Origin: Elsinoe ampelina
Taxonomy: Eukaryota
Length of the DNA: 64,000 nt
Assembly (NCBI GenBank): GCA_010093995.1
Contig: ML992511.1
Span: forward strand, 295,917 to 359,916
Direction: 5' to 3'
The translations under genes were made by a program, and so were the position numbers. This document shows positions 49,601-60,775 of this stretch, in pieces (the first letter of the stretch is position 1; every line of letters begins with the position of its first letter). The notes under the pieces were generated by a model. The model made no database searches. It had not been told where the DNA came from and saw only the letters and a list, made by a program, of their open reading frames with translations.

Positions 49601-50244
49601 TCCAAGCGACCTGGGCGGCCTCCTCCTCATCCCGCTTCCAAGACCTAAAAACCACCGTGGAGCGGCACGTCCAACGCGGCGTCGAAGCCCAGGTCTCGGC
49701 CTTCTGGGACGTCGCGCCTCAACTGTCCGAAGTCCTCTCCCGCATCCCCTGCCCGGACCCCGGTTCCCCCTCCTCGCCCCCCTCCCCCGCCACCTTGTCC
49801 AATCTAGACGACCAACTCCGGCACCTCCCCATCCTCATCCCGCCCACCGAACTCGCGGAGAACGAAGACCTCCACCGCTTCCCCGCCCGCTACCTCTACT
49901 CCACCCTCTCCCACGCGCGCAACTCCACCCGCCAGTTCGTCGACGCGCAGATCAACCTCTTGTGTCTGGAGCACGAGATCGCGACCGCGGCCATGGCGGC
50001 CGGGGTGCGCGCTATGGAGGCCGAGAGGGTGCTTGCGGGGGAGGAAGGGGGGGAGGTTGGTGTTGAGATGGAGAGGGCGAGGGAGGGGGAGGAGGGCAGG
50101 TTGACGGGGCAGTTGAAGGAGAGGGTGGGGGAGGTGGAGAGGGGGTGGGAGGAGGCGTTGGGGGGGGAGGTGGAGAGGAGGAGGGAGGTGGTTAGGGGTT
50201 TTTTGGGGAGGTGTGGGGGGTGGGAGGGGGAGGGGGAGGAGTAG
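46606..50244 (+). CDS. Large hypothetical protein, Pro/Ser-rich N-terminal half and helical C-terminal half
   Basis: Uninterrupted ORF with first ATG at 46606. Conserved-looking islands: 'DVSRLVTLPPPYPRHYPAVNNCHPQL', 'GDEEPELLEQLTLLKWLFEARE', 'QINLLCLEHE'. Confidence 0.85.
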   Translation: MASHQSFFSRRQDARQPPLLSTAVANSIQHLDVSRDSPYSPTVLSAPFSPGLPGSPSVPTHSGSQSPMAGRSYQPQQWAGTGPVGGSYMPFSEERRGPPRLTLDATGMESSLPSPPPPYHSPSPTTARTFLSSPGTPSGPLSPNIAVSPDSGRGSTNNSPQLTNQPQFPPPPGGTRTSKLSPRNLLNLSRLTTRNNDNPLQIQTNVPADAPAARRAHSTGAIGLTIASSSRSNVMHSPPQAQAAWQPGMPVPPPPPGPPPLGARSQSSSRLPDRSAALSSLPNRGSAPLTRPDAAPLSPVPPTPADFVDDEDLYFQNNGSATTRPVPSLANQDRNVSLNRRPAHREVSVEAIRDRRSRSRAVREGNLIDVSHQDGDSESSGSGTGSGSSRPANLVLQTSNISPAPRQTHRTTQSQPSSAKQNTPDRHVPRPQQPGMPTPPYTPATNPRGTPATGSRPESAQRNHNRDRSATLDKPQATTPNRSQEDDDSFINASLERFLDFGQHEAAAESDEERLTLFAKFVVDESRIRRARYADSFAKIASELYDTTRDMWRRGDVEPSSAASHAMSSRDQSVDSSGLDSRAQSSAAMHSTAPSESELTPATDTESFCSVLERDQGNANQSPWNDRFKPSLSPIPSMTVSTYAGDEADSRGRSASRWWEASENGSSGTGGRRLERSKQEIKYMSLHPSVMQQALEEQQKSEASTPGDSDSTTKASADEYPPEKVGWHEELAIAGPSRSSSFANGKRPLSGGAPPLPSPYPRPKLPPLDVSRLVTLPPPYPRHYPAVNNCHPQLEAPRKLQRALADLSEVRELHTDFTERETALTEEIDEARKSRVRGFRAGVQGDIDAGRISHAIAIEADRRFRAHEAEKSATAAFESYERFQKDLYQPSKTILDDKIQSADESINMMTLALSSSLSSGASERAQVGGDEEPELLEQLTLLKWLFEARETLFKELHDLNLLSSRQSRLKEKWSPSYRQLPQPQRETDNARWQKSMQTLQATWAASSSSRFQDLKTTVERHVQRGVEAQVSAFWDVAPQLSEVLSRIPCPDPGSPSSPPSPATLSNLDDQLRHLPILIPPTELAENEDLHRFPARYLYSTLSHARNSTRQFVDAQINLLCLEHEIATAAMAAGVRAMEAERVLAGEEGGEVGVEMERAREGEEGRLTGQLKERVGEVERGWEEALGGEVERRREVVRGFLGRCGGWEGEGEE

Positions 50245-50637
50245 GGATCGTGGATGGGGGAGATGTAGAGTGGGGTGGGGAAGGGGGAACAGGAGGGAGG
50301 GAGAGGGGGAGGAGGGAAGTGATGCGAGGATTGGAGGAGACACGATGTGATGGGTTCACTTCTTGGTATCCATACAGTATGAGAAATGCAGACGTTTGAT
50401 GAGGCGTGGTATGGCTGTTTTCGAGTCCTGAAGCGGAAGCTGAAATAGGTGGAGCCGTCTCTCAATGTGAAACGCACTTGACTGTCCGCAGGCGAAGCTC
50501 ACTAAATCCTTTCCCCCGTCTATATGTCGCATTCACATCTCGCGAAGTGGATATCTACAACTCTATATCATCATCATCTCACATCACTGTACAGCCTTCC
50601 TAGAAGCGTCTCCACTCCTTGACCACGGCCCTCTTCC

Positions 50638-51701
50638 TCATCCAGAATACTCATCCTTCACCCCGCTCTCCTTCTCCCACTTCCTCCTCTCCCCATCCTC
50701 CCTCCACCACCACCCATGCGTCTCATCCTTGTGCTCCCCCTCCTTCTCATCCCACGGCTTCGGACTCAGGATATAATGCACATTCTTCACCTGGTCATCC
50801 CTCCAGATCTTATCATGCACGCCCTCCCACCGCAAGGTCTTGAGTGCATTGTAGATATACGGCAATCCCACCCATCGTCCAGGGAAGAGGTCGCTCAGCA
50901 TGCTCTGGTCCGCAAAGTCGTAGTTGGCCGTCGCGTCGTCGTTGAGACCCGCGACGATACGGTCGTACACGGCTGAGGAGGGAACGACGACTTGAAGGCC
51001 GCCGTTGGGCATGGCGAGGCCGGCTGTGGGAGGGGCGCCGACTTTCTGGGCTTCGTCGGGAGTGTTGTGTTGGGTGGTGAAGGCGCAGTTGGCGGGGATC
51101 CAATCGCGCGGGTAATGCTTCTTGCCGAGAGGGTTGCAGACGCAGGCGTGGGAGGCGGCGAATACACGGTCACCCTTGCCGGCCAGGGAAGCTGGGTCGA
51201 GCTCTACGGTGTCGAGGAGTTCGTCCATGTTTTGGAGGACGAGCATGTCGCTGTCGAGTTGGCAGACACGGTCGTATTCGGTGAGGGAGAAGGGAGTGAG
51301 TTTCGACCAGCAGTCGTAGAAGCGTGGGTCGTTGGAGTAGTCTTTCGATACGGTGGGGAGGAGGTAAGGGATTTTCTTGACCGGGATGTTGCGACGGGCG
51401 AGGGCGTCGAGGCCGGATTGTGGGAAGGTGTCGGTGTAAAGAGCGACAAGAGGGTACTTGGACTTGTGCTTCTTGAGGGTGTAATCGAGGGTGAGGAGTC
51501 CGGTGAGGTAGTCGAGGTTGGTGATCAAGCTGGTCCATACTGTCGATTGTCAGGTATTTGCAGTGAGGAAGTTGCTACGTTCTGACCTTTGTCCGAGTCA
51601 ACGACACGCTGCGGATCAGGATTGACTGCATGGGAGGCAGCCGATCCATTTGTCGCACCGTTTGCATGCCCGTTGGCTCCGTCTGCCTTGGACGCACTCA
51701 T
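50638..51701 (-). CDS. Glycosyltransferase family 8 (glycogenin/galactinol synthase-like)
   Basis: Exons 51701-51587 and 51539-50638. Motifs: 'VWTSLITNLDYLTG', 'WSKL', DxD in 'QLDSDMLV', 'ADQSML', 'YNALK', 'VHYILSPKPW'. Confidence 0.93.
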
Positions 51702-52157
51702 GCTTACTGCCGACTCGTGCGAAGTGATTGAGTGGAGGAGAGTATTGGTTGAGAAGAAGATTGTAGGGCGACAGATATACCTGTCGCTGGTCCGATGATC
51801 ACCACATCACTTTGAGAGGAATTACCGTGAGGTAAGCAAGGAAAGTTAAGTTACACAAGCACGACGTGGATTTCCCGGTATAGATCTCACCCTAGCGGTC
51901 CTTGGGTGCAGTTGGAGGGGCTAGAGAAATTTAAGGTTTTCGCATGTCGTCAACCATGAGACGGAGCAATTTCCGGCTCAACTTCGAACGCCCAATTGGT
52001 GCACGATTTGCCGACACGACTTCTTGTCTCTCTCAACGCACTTTGGAAGCCGCATGCTTTTTGGTATCATTTGGGCATACCATTTCTACTGGTTCCATTG
52101 CCTGTCCGACAAGCTGAATTAGTATCTCATTCTTCTATGCTCAGACCTGCTTTGTTT

Positions 52158-52192
52158 GGTGCGTGATATATGCTTAGGTGCGTGATATATGC
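52158..52192 (+). repeat. 16-bp direct repeat
   Basis: GGTGCGTGATATATGC at 52158-52173 and 52177-52192. Confidence 0.9.
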
Positions 52193-52264
52193 ATTGCTCT
52201 CGATTATGCTGGTAGGAAAAAGGGTACATCACCTCAAGCACCTAGCGGTCGTAGCTCAAAGGCC

Positions 52265-52800
52265 TCAGGTACAGCAATTCGTCGGCATCCCCTTCGTATA
52301 CCCAAACCCGATGATCGTCTGATGACTCCAATAATCACTCTGCCTCCCCCTGCCATCCACCGTGGCATTCCCAAAGAACTTGGCCGTCCAATACGTGCTC
52401 CCCTTCGTATACTGCGCAAGCGCACACAGCTCCGCCAGCAAACCCTTCTCCCCGTTTGCAAATCGATTATTCAACTCGGTCTGAACCGACCATCCATTTG
52501 GGCGAGCTCGGTCCGGGGCGCTGCGGTCGGCAAGGCCTTGGTACCGGGGTCAGTAGCAAGATGAGCATACCGTGGAGCCCCGAGCGCTGCTCATACCTAG
52601 GATGATCGCTTCGTAACCTTGCAGGGCAAGTTTGGCGTCGTGCATCTTTGACATCGCTAAGACCTGCCAGACCCCACGGATGAGAACTGCCATGGCGACC
52701 AACGACGTGGCGCTCCACGAGCCGGAAGTGATGAGTTGCGACATTGCTAGGGATACGCTCCATGCTGTTCTGGAAAGGAGCGGTTCCACGCAGTGTGCTC
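52265..52800 (-). CDS. Possible small orphan gene or gene relic
   Basis: ORF 52789-52550 can join the frame ending at 52265 through a candidate intron (GTATGA at 52596..CTGAC..AAG), giving '..EAIILGLADRSAPDRARPNGWSVQTELNNRF..GMPTNCCT*'. The 5' end is unresolved. Confidence 0.35.
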
Positions 52801-53149
52801 AAGGAGTTGTTAACGACAAGGTGAAAGCGTCTTACCCCTCAGATACAACAGTTGTCGATGTGAAGGCCGTCGACCCCTTCACCTACCAGGATCCCGACGT
52901 GTAGTCAGAACATCCAAACCGCTCCGGTGGTCCACCAGAGGATTGATGGGCTTAGATCAGAAACGCTCTCCACTCTGCCCCGGACATCGCACGTCGGGGA
53001 TTTTTTCATCAAGATGCTATTAGTCGTCAAGTGCCCCAATACACAGACGTATTTACGTTGTTCCAAACCCCAGATGACACCCCAAAGACACGTCAGGAAA
53101 GGCAGAGTCCGGGGCAGCACGTGACCTTCTCATCAGCAAGCAGTTTTAG

Positions 53150-53216
53150 CCGAGGGACAGCCGCGTTCACATGCTGCGGTGCTCACTCTGACGTTCTGCT
53201 GCCCTGTGAGCCTCGG
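53150..53216. promoter_or_regulatory. Two FarA/FarB-type CCTCGG sites upstream of the thiolase
   Basis: CCGAGG at 53150-53155 and CCTCGG at 53211-53216, both within ~250 bp of the ATG. CCTCGG is the known fatty-acid induction motif in Aspergillus. Confidence 0.6.
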
Positions 53217-53401
53217 TCCAGGAAAGGCACAAGCATCACAACGCTCTTCGTCTAGAGCTTTGGACCGCGGATGCTCTCGAGTCTTCAAGTGATTACATTC
53301 TGCTCCATTTCCCAACTTTTCCATATCTCAATCCATCACGAAATAATTCTCAAACTTCCACACATCTCTAGATTTTCCTCCCAGCTCCTCCATCGTACAC
53401 A

Positions 53402-54720
53402 ATGAGCTCCGCTGGTAGGCCCGTCCCTGCTACATCCACCACGTTCAACACTGACATTCCCCAGCACAATCCCGCCTGTCCCAGGTGACATCCCATCTGC
53501 GCTCATCCGAGGCTGACCTGGCACCCAACCGCAATGCGGTCCTTTCAAAGTCCCCCGACGATGTTGTCGTGACAGCCGCGTTGCGCACCCCTCTCACCAA
53601 GGGCGGAAAAGGAGGTTTCAAGGACACAGCTGCGGCCGATCTCCTGCACGGCGCCTTCGTGGCTCTTCTCGAGCGCTCAAAGGTTGTCCCATCGCTAGTC
53701 GAGGACATTGCTGTCGGCTCAGTCCTGCCACCAGGAGGTGGTGCCACTGAGTTCCGTGCCGCGGCTCTCGCAGCCGGATTCCCAGACAGCACTGGCGTCC
53801 GCTCCCTGAACAGACAATGCTCCTCTGGCCTCCAAGCCTGCGTCGACATCGCCAACGCCATCAAGGCAGGCATGATTGACATCGGCGTCGGTGCCGGCGT
53901 TGAGTCCATGAGCCAGCAATACGGCCCCGGTGCCGTCACCGAATTCTCCGAGCTCCTCGAATCCCACAAAGAAGCCGCCAACTGCAAAGTCCCCATGGGC
54001 GTCCTCTCCGAACAAATGGCCAAAGACCGCAAAGTCTCCCGCGCCTCGCAGGATGCCTTCGCCGCCAACTCGTACCAAAAAGCCATCGCCGCCCAAAAAG
54101 CCGGCCTCTTCGACGAAGAAATCGCCCCCCTCAAAGTAAAATGGACCGACCCCAAGACCGACGAGACCAAAGAAATCACCGTCAGCAAAGACGACGGCGT
54201 CCGCGAAGTCACCGCCGAGTCCCTCGGCAAAATCCGCCCCGCCTTCGCCAAAGACGGCTCCATCCACGCCGGCAACGCCTCGCAAATCTCCGACGGCGCC
54301 GCCGCCGTGCTCCTCATGCGCCGCTCCACGGCCGAGAGACTAGGCCAGACCATCCTCGGCAAGTTCGTCTCGGCGAGCATCGTCGGCGTGCCCCCTCTCC
54401 TCATGGGCATCGGGCCATGGAAAGCCATCCCCGTTGCGCTGGAGAAGGCCGGCATCGCCGTCGAGGACGTGGATATCTACGAGATCAACGAAGCGTTCGC
54501 CAGCCAGGCGCTGTGGTGCGTCAACGAGCTCAAGATCCCCATTGAAAAAGTCAACCCCAAGGGTGGCGCGATCGCGTTCGGGCATCCGTTGGGCTGCACG
54601 GGCGCGAGGCAGGTGAGCACGCTGTTGTTCGAGTTGAGGAGGAAGAAGCAGCAGATTGGTGTCACGAGTATGTGCGTGGGAACAGGCATGGGTATGGCTG
54701 CCGTTTGGGTGGCGGAGTAG
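53402..54720 (+). CDS. POT1: Peroxisomal 3-ketoacyl-CoA thiolase
   Basis: Exons 53402-53414 and 53465-54720. PTS2 'RLSQVTSHL'. Catalytic motifs: 'NRQCSSGL', 'EINEAF', 'GHPLG', 'MCVGTGMG'. Confidence 0.96.
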
Positions 54721-54836
54721 AAAAATGTACACCTCACCATCGTTTGCTCGCATCACTTCACACAAGAACCAGTTTACACGTAGACTTCGGATCGGAAAAT
54801 TTTCATCGTCCCGGGTGTCTAGCCGCGCTCGCGCAT

Positions 54837-55803
54837 CTACCGTCCTCGTCTCTGCTCCTCCTGCATCTCCTCTTCCTCCCCTTCGCTGTCGCTGGGCGGA
54901 TCCCACCCGGCTTTCTGGCGGAGTAATCTGTTTTCCTCCTTGAGGCCCGCGATCTTCTTCATGTACGGGAGCGCTTGCTCCGTCTTGTCGCGGTAGGCGA
55001 AGCGGACGTTTTCGGACACGCGTTGTAATGATGCCTGCCATGCTTGGTGCGTGAGTTGTGCTTGGACCGTCTCGTTGTGGGAGGCGGAGAGGAGGTTGAG
55101 GTAGTGCGCGTGGATGGCTGGCGGGGGGGCGTCAGTATGCTTGACTCGCTTTTTGGTTGAGAGAGAGGGGGGGAGACGGACCATTTGTTTCGGCTTCTCG
55201 CTCGTTGCATCGAGCGTGGAGAAGTTTGACCATGGCTTGCATGCCGTTCTCGTACTCTGTCACGAGCTGGCCTTGGTCGAGGTATGCTGCTTTCAAGGCC
55301 TCGATTTCTCGGTCTTTCTCTACTAATCGTGTCTGTAGCTCTGCGACGGTCTCTTCGGCGCTTTGACCTGCCCTGCATCAGTCCTAGATCTTTGCTAACG
55401 AGGATAATACCAACCATCATCTCCTCCTCCTCCTTGCCCTTCATCTTCCCCCTCTCTCTTTGATCGCTCCTTCACCTGCAGTATCTCCGTCAGTCCAATT
55501 CTCATTCCTCATGACCCGCAATCTGTCCGCCCTCTCGCAGGTCTTCCCCGTCATCACATCCCCGTCCTTGCGTCCTCACTCTCCCACGCCCCAAGCACCA
55601 GAGTATCGTACCTTCACCTTCGCGATCCCGCTTTGCAACTCTTCCCACTTTTCGCGATTCTCATGCAACAACCCGCTCAACTGCTCCACAAGCTGCCACA
55701 CATGCGCCATATCATGGTGATGGCCTGCCGACGGCATGATCGCGCTGCCGAGCGGGTATGGGGCGCCGCCGCCAGGCTGCATGCCGTTTGGGGCGGCCAT
55801 CAT
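54837..55803 (-). CDS. Small coiled-coil protein, probably SCI1/SipB (Far3/Far7/SIKE-like STRIPAK subunit), ~239 aa
   Basis: Exons 55803-55612, 55475-55415, 55367-55182, 55117-54837, with consistent phases. Segments: 'MPSAGHHHDMAHVWQLVEQLSGLLHENREKW', 'AIHAHYLNLL', 'IAGLKEENRLLRQKAGW'. The family call is from recalled resemblance, not a search. Confidence 0.65.
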
Positions 55804-58800
55804 TGCTTCTCCGCTTGGTGAGCCGTTCTCGCTGGCTGATGGTGTGGAGTGCTCTCTGCGACGGACGACTCGCGGAGTGGGTGGGGAGTCTAGGTCATCG
55901 CCGTCTTCCGCGGTGGGTGGAGTGCGGGGCTCGTTGTGATCTGGGTGGTCGAGGGGGAGGGATGTGAGCCAATTGTTGATGCGATGTGCTGGTAGTTCGG
56001 AAGCAGTATGAGCAGTGAGAAATGCAGAAGTAGGTCGAGAAGAAGTGAATGGGTCTTCAATGCCATGATGTTGAAGCTCCGCGGTCTTGAGGTCGGAAAT
56101 GACTCGTGCTAGCTTGATCTGATCTACAGCGCGAGTCAGATCATCGGTGCCAACCGCCATTTCGCGAAACTCCATGACCTTACCTTCTTCACTACCAGGG
56201 GTGGTAGGACCTTGTAACCCTGAATCTGTCGACGTGCCATTATAACGGACTTGCTCGACAGTATCACCTACGTTGCTGCACTGCCAGGTCGACGCGCGCA
56301 AGCTTGGTCGAAGGGAATGCTGCATTGCTCTTCGAACGCGGGAGCCACTGCCATCCCACAGCGGGACCTGAGCCTCGCCGGTCCTGCGCGAGAAGACGGG
56401 CGTGTAAGCGATGCTGTCCCATGAGTGCACCACATGAGACCAATTTGCAAGGACTGGATCATCCGTCATAACTTCCTCGCTGTCGGGATCTTCGATATGA
56501 TTACCAGCATTGAACTTGCGAGATTTTGCGGCCCAGTTTCTGATACGAGGTCTGGTACGCTTCACATGCAAGACATTGACATGGGCAGTGGAGACCCAGG
56601 GATTGACGGGCAGAGCTTCAACGACTGAGATTTAATGAGCGTTCTTCTATCAATACACGTAGGTCTTTTCAAGTACCTCTTCGGCGCGCACCCACGGTTC
56701 CTTCGCTCGATCTCGGTAAGCTTGATCTCCCTCGCGTCGGGGTCGGAGATCTTGCCACCCTACGTAGAGATTGGAGGGCTGGGCTTGTCACAGGACTGGC
56801 AGGACCCGGTGCTGAATCTTGCTGCTCCGCCCCGGGTGATAGCTCAGCTACTACGTCGTTGGCCGGCCTGTACCTGTTCGATTGTCTCGGTGTGGTAGGA
56901 CCTTCGTCGCTCGAGTCGGAAGTATTGCCGTCTCCTTCCAATTCTGTGATCGAAACACTGGGCGGCTGTTGTAATCTTGCCATCGGGTCTGCTGTAGCGG
57001 TAGTCGGTGAAGTCTTCACAACGGGAAGAGCTGGACCTGTGCGACCAATGCCCTCTCGCACTGGTATATTCTCTTTCCTACGCGTACCGGACTCCACCTG
57101 CCTGGCCGACCGCGAGGAGCTGGCAGTGGACCTGATGGTGTTGGGACTCACATGGGTCAAGCCTTCCGAGCCTCTGGACTGACTTGGTGCCGCCCTGATT
57201 AGATGGTTGGTAGGTGTGACGGGAGCTCTTCGAGGCGTCAGGGGATGAAGCGGTGCGTCCGCGGCTTTACGAGCAATAGCCTGCTCGTTCCGTTCCCGCT
57301 GAACACGCCCGCCAACTCCCGTGCGCACGCCTCCCTGGGAAGGTACTCGTCTCAAGTTGCGCGAAAGTTCTGCCACGGAATGCCGCTCTGTAGTGTCTGA
57401 TGCCCGTCTGATCTGCTCTTGATACATAAGCAGTCGTCCTGGTAGCTCCGGCTGTAGCGTCGTGTTTGAGCAGCCTGCTTGACGTAAGTTTTCAGCCAAT
57501 TCCGGGTCTGCCCCTTCCGCTACAATATTCATGACTTCAGAGGACTTTCTGAGGTCTTTGGGAACCTCGTCGGGTGCCTTGGTGTGTATGTTCTCTTGCC
57601 TGCGTCTCGTGGCCTTCGTGGGCGGAACTGTGCCAAACCTGCGCTCGTGGGATCCAAACAGAGACCAGCGAGTCTGCTTCTCGGGGCTCGCATTGTCTTC
57701 GTCTGGCAAACCATAGAGTCTGTTTAGCTCAGTCATTTCAACGTTTTTGTGGAAGCGTTCGGCCATTTTCAGCGCTGTATAATCATCCACCTGTGATAGC
57801 CGTTTCCTCAGACGCACAGATTCTTCCTTCATCTCCTGCCTGATAGCTCCGTAATGCATCTCTTCAGGCGGAATGCTGATCACTTCATGTTGACCTTTTT
57901 CCGGTGTAGAGACCGAGACATTCTTGCGGGGCGTGTTGGGACCTCGCAAGCTGCTCTTCCTTGCCGTCGGTGTGGTAGGACGCTCGGAGATGGGCGTCGG
58001 TTCATCGACCCTAACATCCGGAGTCTTAGCTACCTTCTGCGACCTTCTAGGTATTGCCGATACACCTTCGGACGACGTTGACACTGTCTCTGTCGAGGTA
58101 CTACCAGACGAGGATGCCGCAGTCCCTGATGTGTCGGTCTCGAGCGAAGACGTTGCAGAAATTGTGGTAGTCATTGTAGCAGTCGTTGACGCAGTACTTG
58201 AAGAATTCGGCCGTCGAACGTACAGCTCCTCGTCTGGACAGTGGTATGATGTGCGTCGCGGGTCCGCAGGATCCTCCACAGTGGCGCCCTCTAGTGTCCT
58301 ACCAGTATTCGTAGCTTCTGCTGGAGCCGTTGGATCCTGGTCCGACGCATCAGATCCAGGAATATTGGCAGTGACTGTTCGAGATTGGGCAACGTCGCCT
58401 CCAGGCCCTGAATCGACTCGCTTGCTGCCCTCGATATCTTCATTAGTCTGTCGAGCTTGAGCTTTATTGTTCTCAGTCCAGGCAGCTCTCTCGGAATCTC
58501 TGGTGGTTGGTGAGATTGCCTCGAGCTGCCACTGTATCCACCTAAAAGGATGCCAAAGAAGAGACGGACGCCTTTGTAGCCCGTTGCTGACTGGGGATTG
58601 CTGCTGCTCTGGGGCAGCACTCGTGAGTGGTGATACAGCATCCACCGATGTTGAACGAAACTATCGAACCGGTGTCGTCACAATGGATGGCCTCTTCGGT
58701 CTCGTGACTTGCTGTCGAGCTCGAGCGTTCGCAGGGGTCGAGCTTTCGATAGACTCTGGCTGATCAGGAACACTTGCAGACCTGTCCATCTGCTTTGCAA

Positions 58801-60775
58801 CTTCGGCTGCTTCATGCCTCTCCTTATTCAGCCGGGCTTGTCGAAAGAAGTCACTGTCGCTGCTCCCTCTTCTGGCTTTGGCACTGTTGGCTTCAGGTGA
58901 TGGAGCTCCGTCTGTACGACGCTGCGCAGTAGTGCTCCGCGAGTTGCCATGAGATATGTATCGAGATGGCTCATGGCTGGTAGTTCCTGACGCTCGTACA
59001 GCAGGAATTCGCTGGATGCGCGGCGATTCCGCAACAGATCGGTGCCGAGGTCGACCACCAGCTGGCAGTAAGGAGTCGAGCATGGATTTGCGAGGTGGTG
59101 TGACCTCGAGGGCGAAGCTGTCCAGTTCGCCCCTCGGTAGGAAAGGATTTTGCGTTCCTTGAAGCCCTAGATGCATTGAGCACGCATCATCATGCGATCG
59201 CTTCTTTCCCGCCTTGACGACAAGGGGCGAGTCCCTGAGAAGCACTACTGATTTCTCATCGTCGGCGTCTCGCTCAGTCCCATCAGAGGTCGATTGAGTT
59301 GACGAATGAAAAGATGGAGACCGGCCGTGCGGTAAGCAGTCGTAATAGAAAGGTCTATCCCGCGACGTCGCTTCTCCGAACTTGACCATATCTTCTGGCC
59401 GGCTTGCGCTTGACAAGGGAGCATAGCCACTCGTGGGAGTCATCGATGACGAATGAGCAGCTGGAGGCTCATCTCTGGTAGTATCCCCACTCGTCTGCGA
59501 TGTACTGGACTGCTTCATCAGGGGCTGGTCTGGATTGTAAGTACTCGGCTTCAGATACTCCAATGGCGTCGCATCATCTACCGATGGATCTGGGGGAAGC
59601 TCGGCAGGAGATGGGACGGGCTTTGTAGCAGGAGAAGGTGGCGAGTCCTCAAAGACATTTTCTTCCGAGACTTGTGTCCATTTGACCGTGCCAAAAGGCG
59701 CTTCATATGGCTTCTTGACCGTGACCGGGCGCTTTGACACTGCACTACAAGCAAGTGTCGCGAAATCCTTGACATCGATCCCGTGTTCAGGCAAGGTACG
59801 ATTGTCCATCCCAGTGAGCTGAGAAGACAGCACTCCAGAGTCTTCCGCACGTCCCGGCTTGTGATAAGTACCAGAGGGGACCTGACGCACCGGGTCGGAA
59901 GGGGAGACGTTTGGGGGATATAGCACATTCCGAGCGCCGGCCTCTGCAAAGACTCGTTCAGACCTCTTGCCATGAGCGTGATGATGTGCCCCTTCTCTTC
60001 TCTCTGACGCTGGCACCTTGAAAGGTGTCTTTTTGGTGGGACTGTCTGGGCTCGTGGCAAGGATCTCTGTGATCTCCTCGTCAGTAAGATTGATGGGGGG
60101 TTTTGGATCAGGAAACTGCGGAATTGTAATTGGAGGTGGGGCGATACGCTTGCTGATCTCAGGGCCTTGAGGACGTGCTGTGATTTCACGTCTCTCTCTG
60201 GAGCGAGTTGCTGTGTGCGTGCCCTGCTCGGATGATCGACTACGGCGTTGCTTGGATGCAGCAGTCTGGAGATCATCTTGTTTCTTGTGCTGAGTCGGGT
60301 CCGAGGTCGAATTACGCTCAGGTGAAGGGCTAGCGGACTCCTACGCATCTGCTTCCTTCCTACCAGCAACCGGTGCTTGTCCTGTCTGCCGCTGCTTCTC
60401 TAAAAATTCTGAGGGAGCGCGCTTTCCCACATTTGGTCGGCCGATTCGCATGCGTGGTCCCGCTCTACTCGAGCCTCGATATCTTGTGTGTCGAGGAATG
60501 TCTTGCGGCGATGATCCTCTCCTTCCCATTGTTCCGTGAGTGACTTGATCACGACGAGGTGAATGTGGTATTGCGGTGTCCCTCCTGGTAGTATTCTCCG
60601 GTGCGTGCATAGGAACGGACGGACTACCTGCTGGCCCTTTGGGAGCCGATCGCGTATCTTGGTCGACTGGTACCGCGCCTCGGGCTGGCGAGTTCATGGC
60701 CGCTGTGTCGACTATCATTGAGTCGAGGAGCAATTCAAGCTCACTGTCCGAGCTTTCCAGGTCTATGTTATCCAT
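55804..60775 (-). CDS. Long low-complexity reading frame with two in-frame TAG codons, fused in frame to the SCI1-like gene (edited/readthrough isoform or pseudogene)
   Basis: ORFs 60802-60341, 60016-58661 and 58645-56669 share one frame, separated only by TAG at 60343-60341 and 58663-58661. Intron 56676-56625 links them to the frame that runs into ATG 55803. Confidence 0.6.

Noticed and set aside
60341..60363. Micro-intron GTAGGA..TAG that would remove the first in-frame stop
   Set aside because: Only 23 nt, no branch point, and it would shift the frame, whereas the downstream ORF continues in the same frame.
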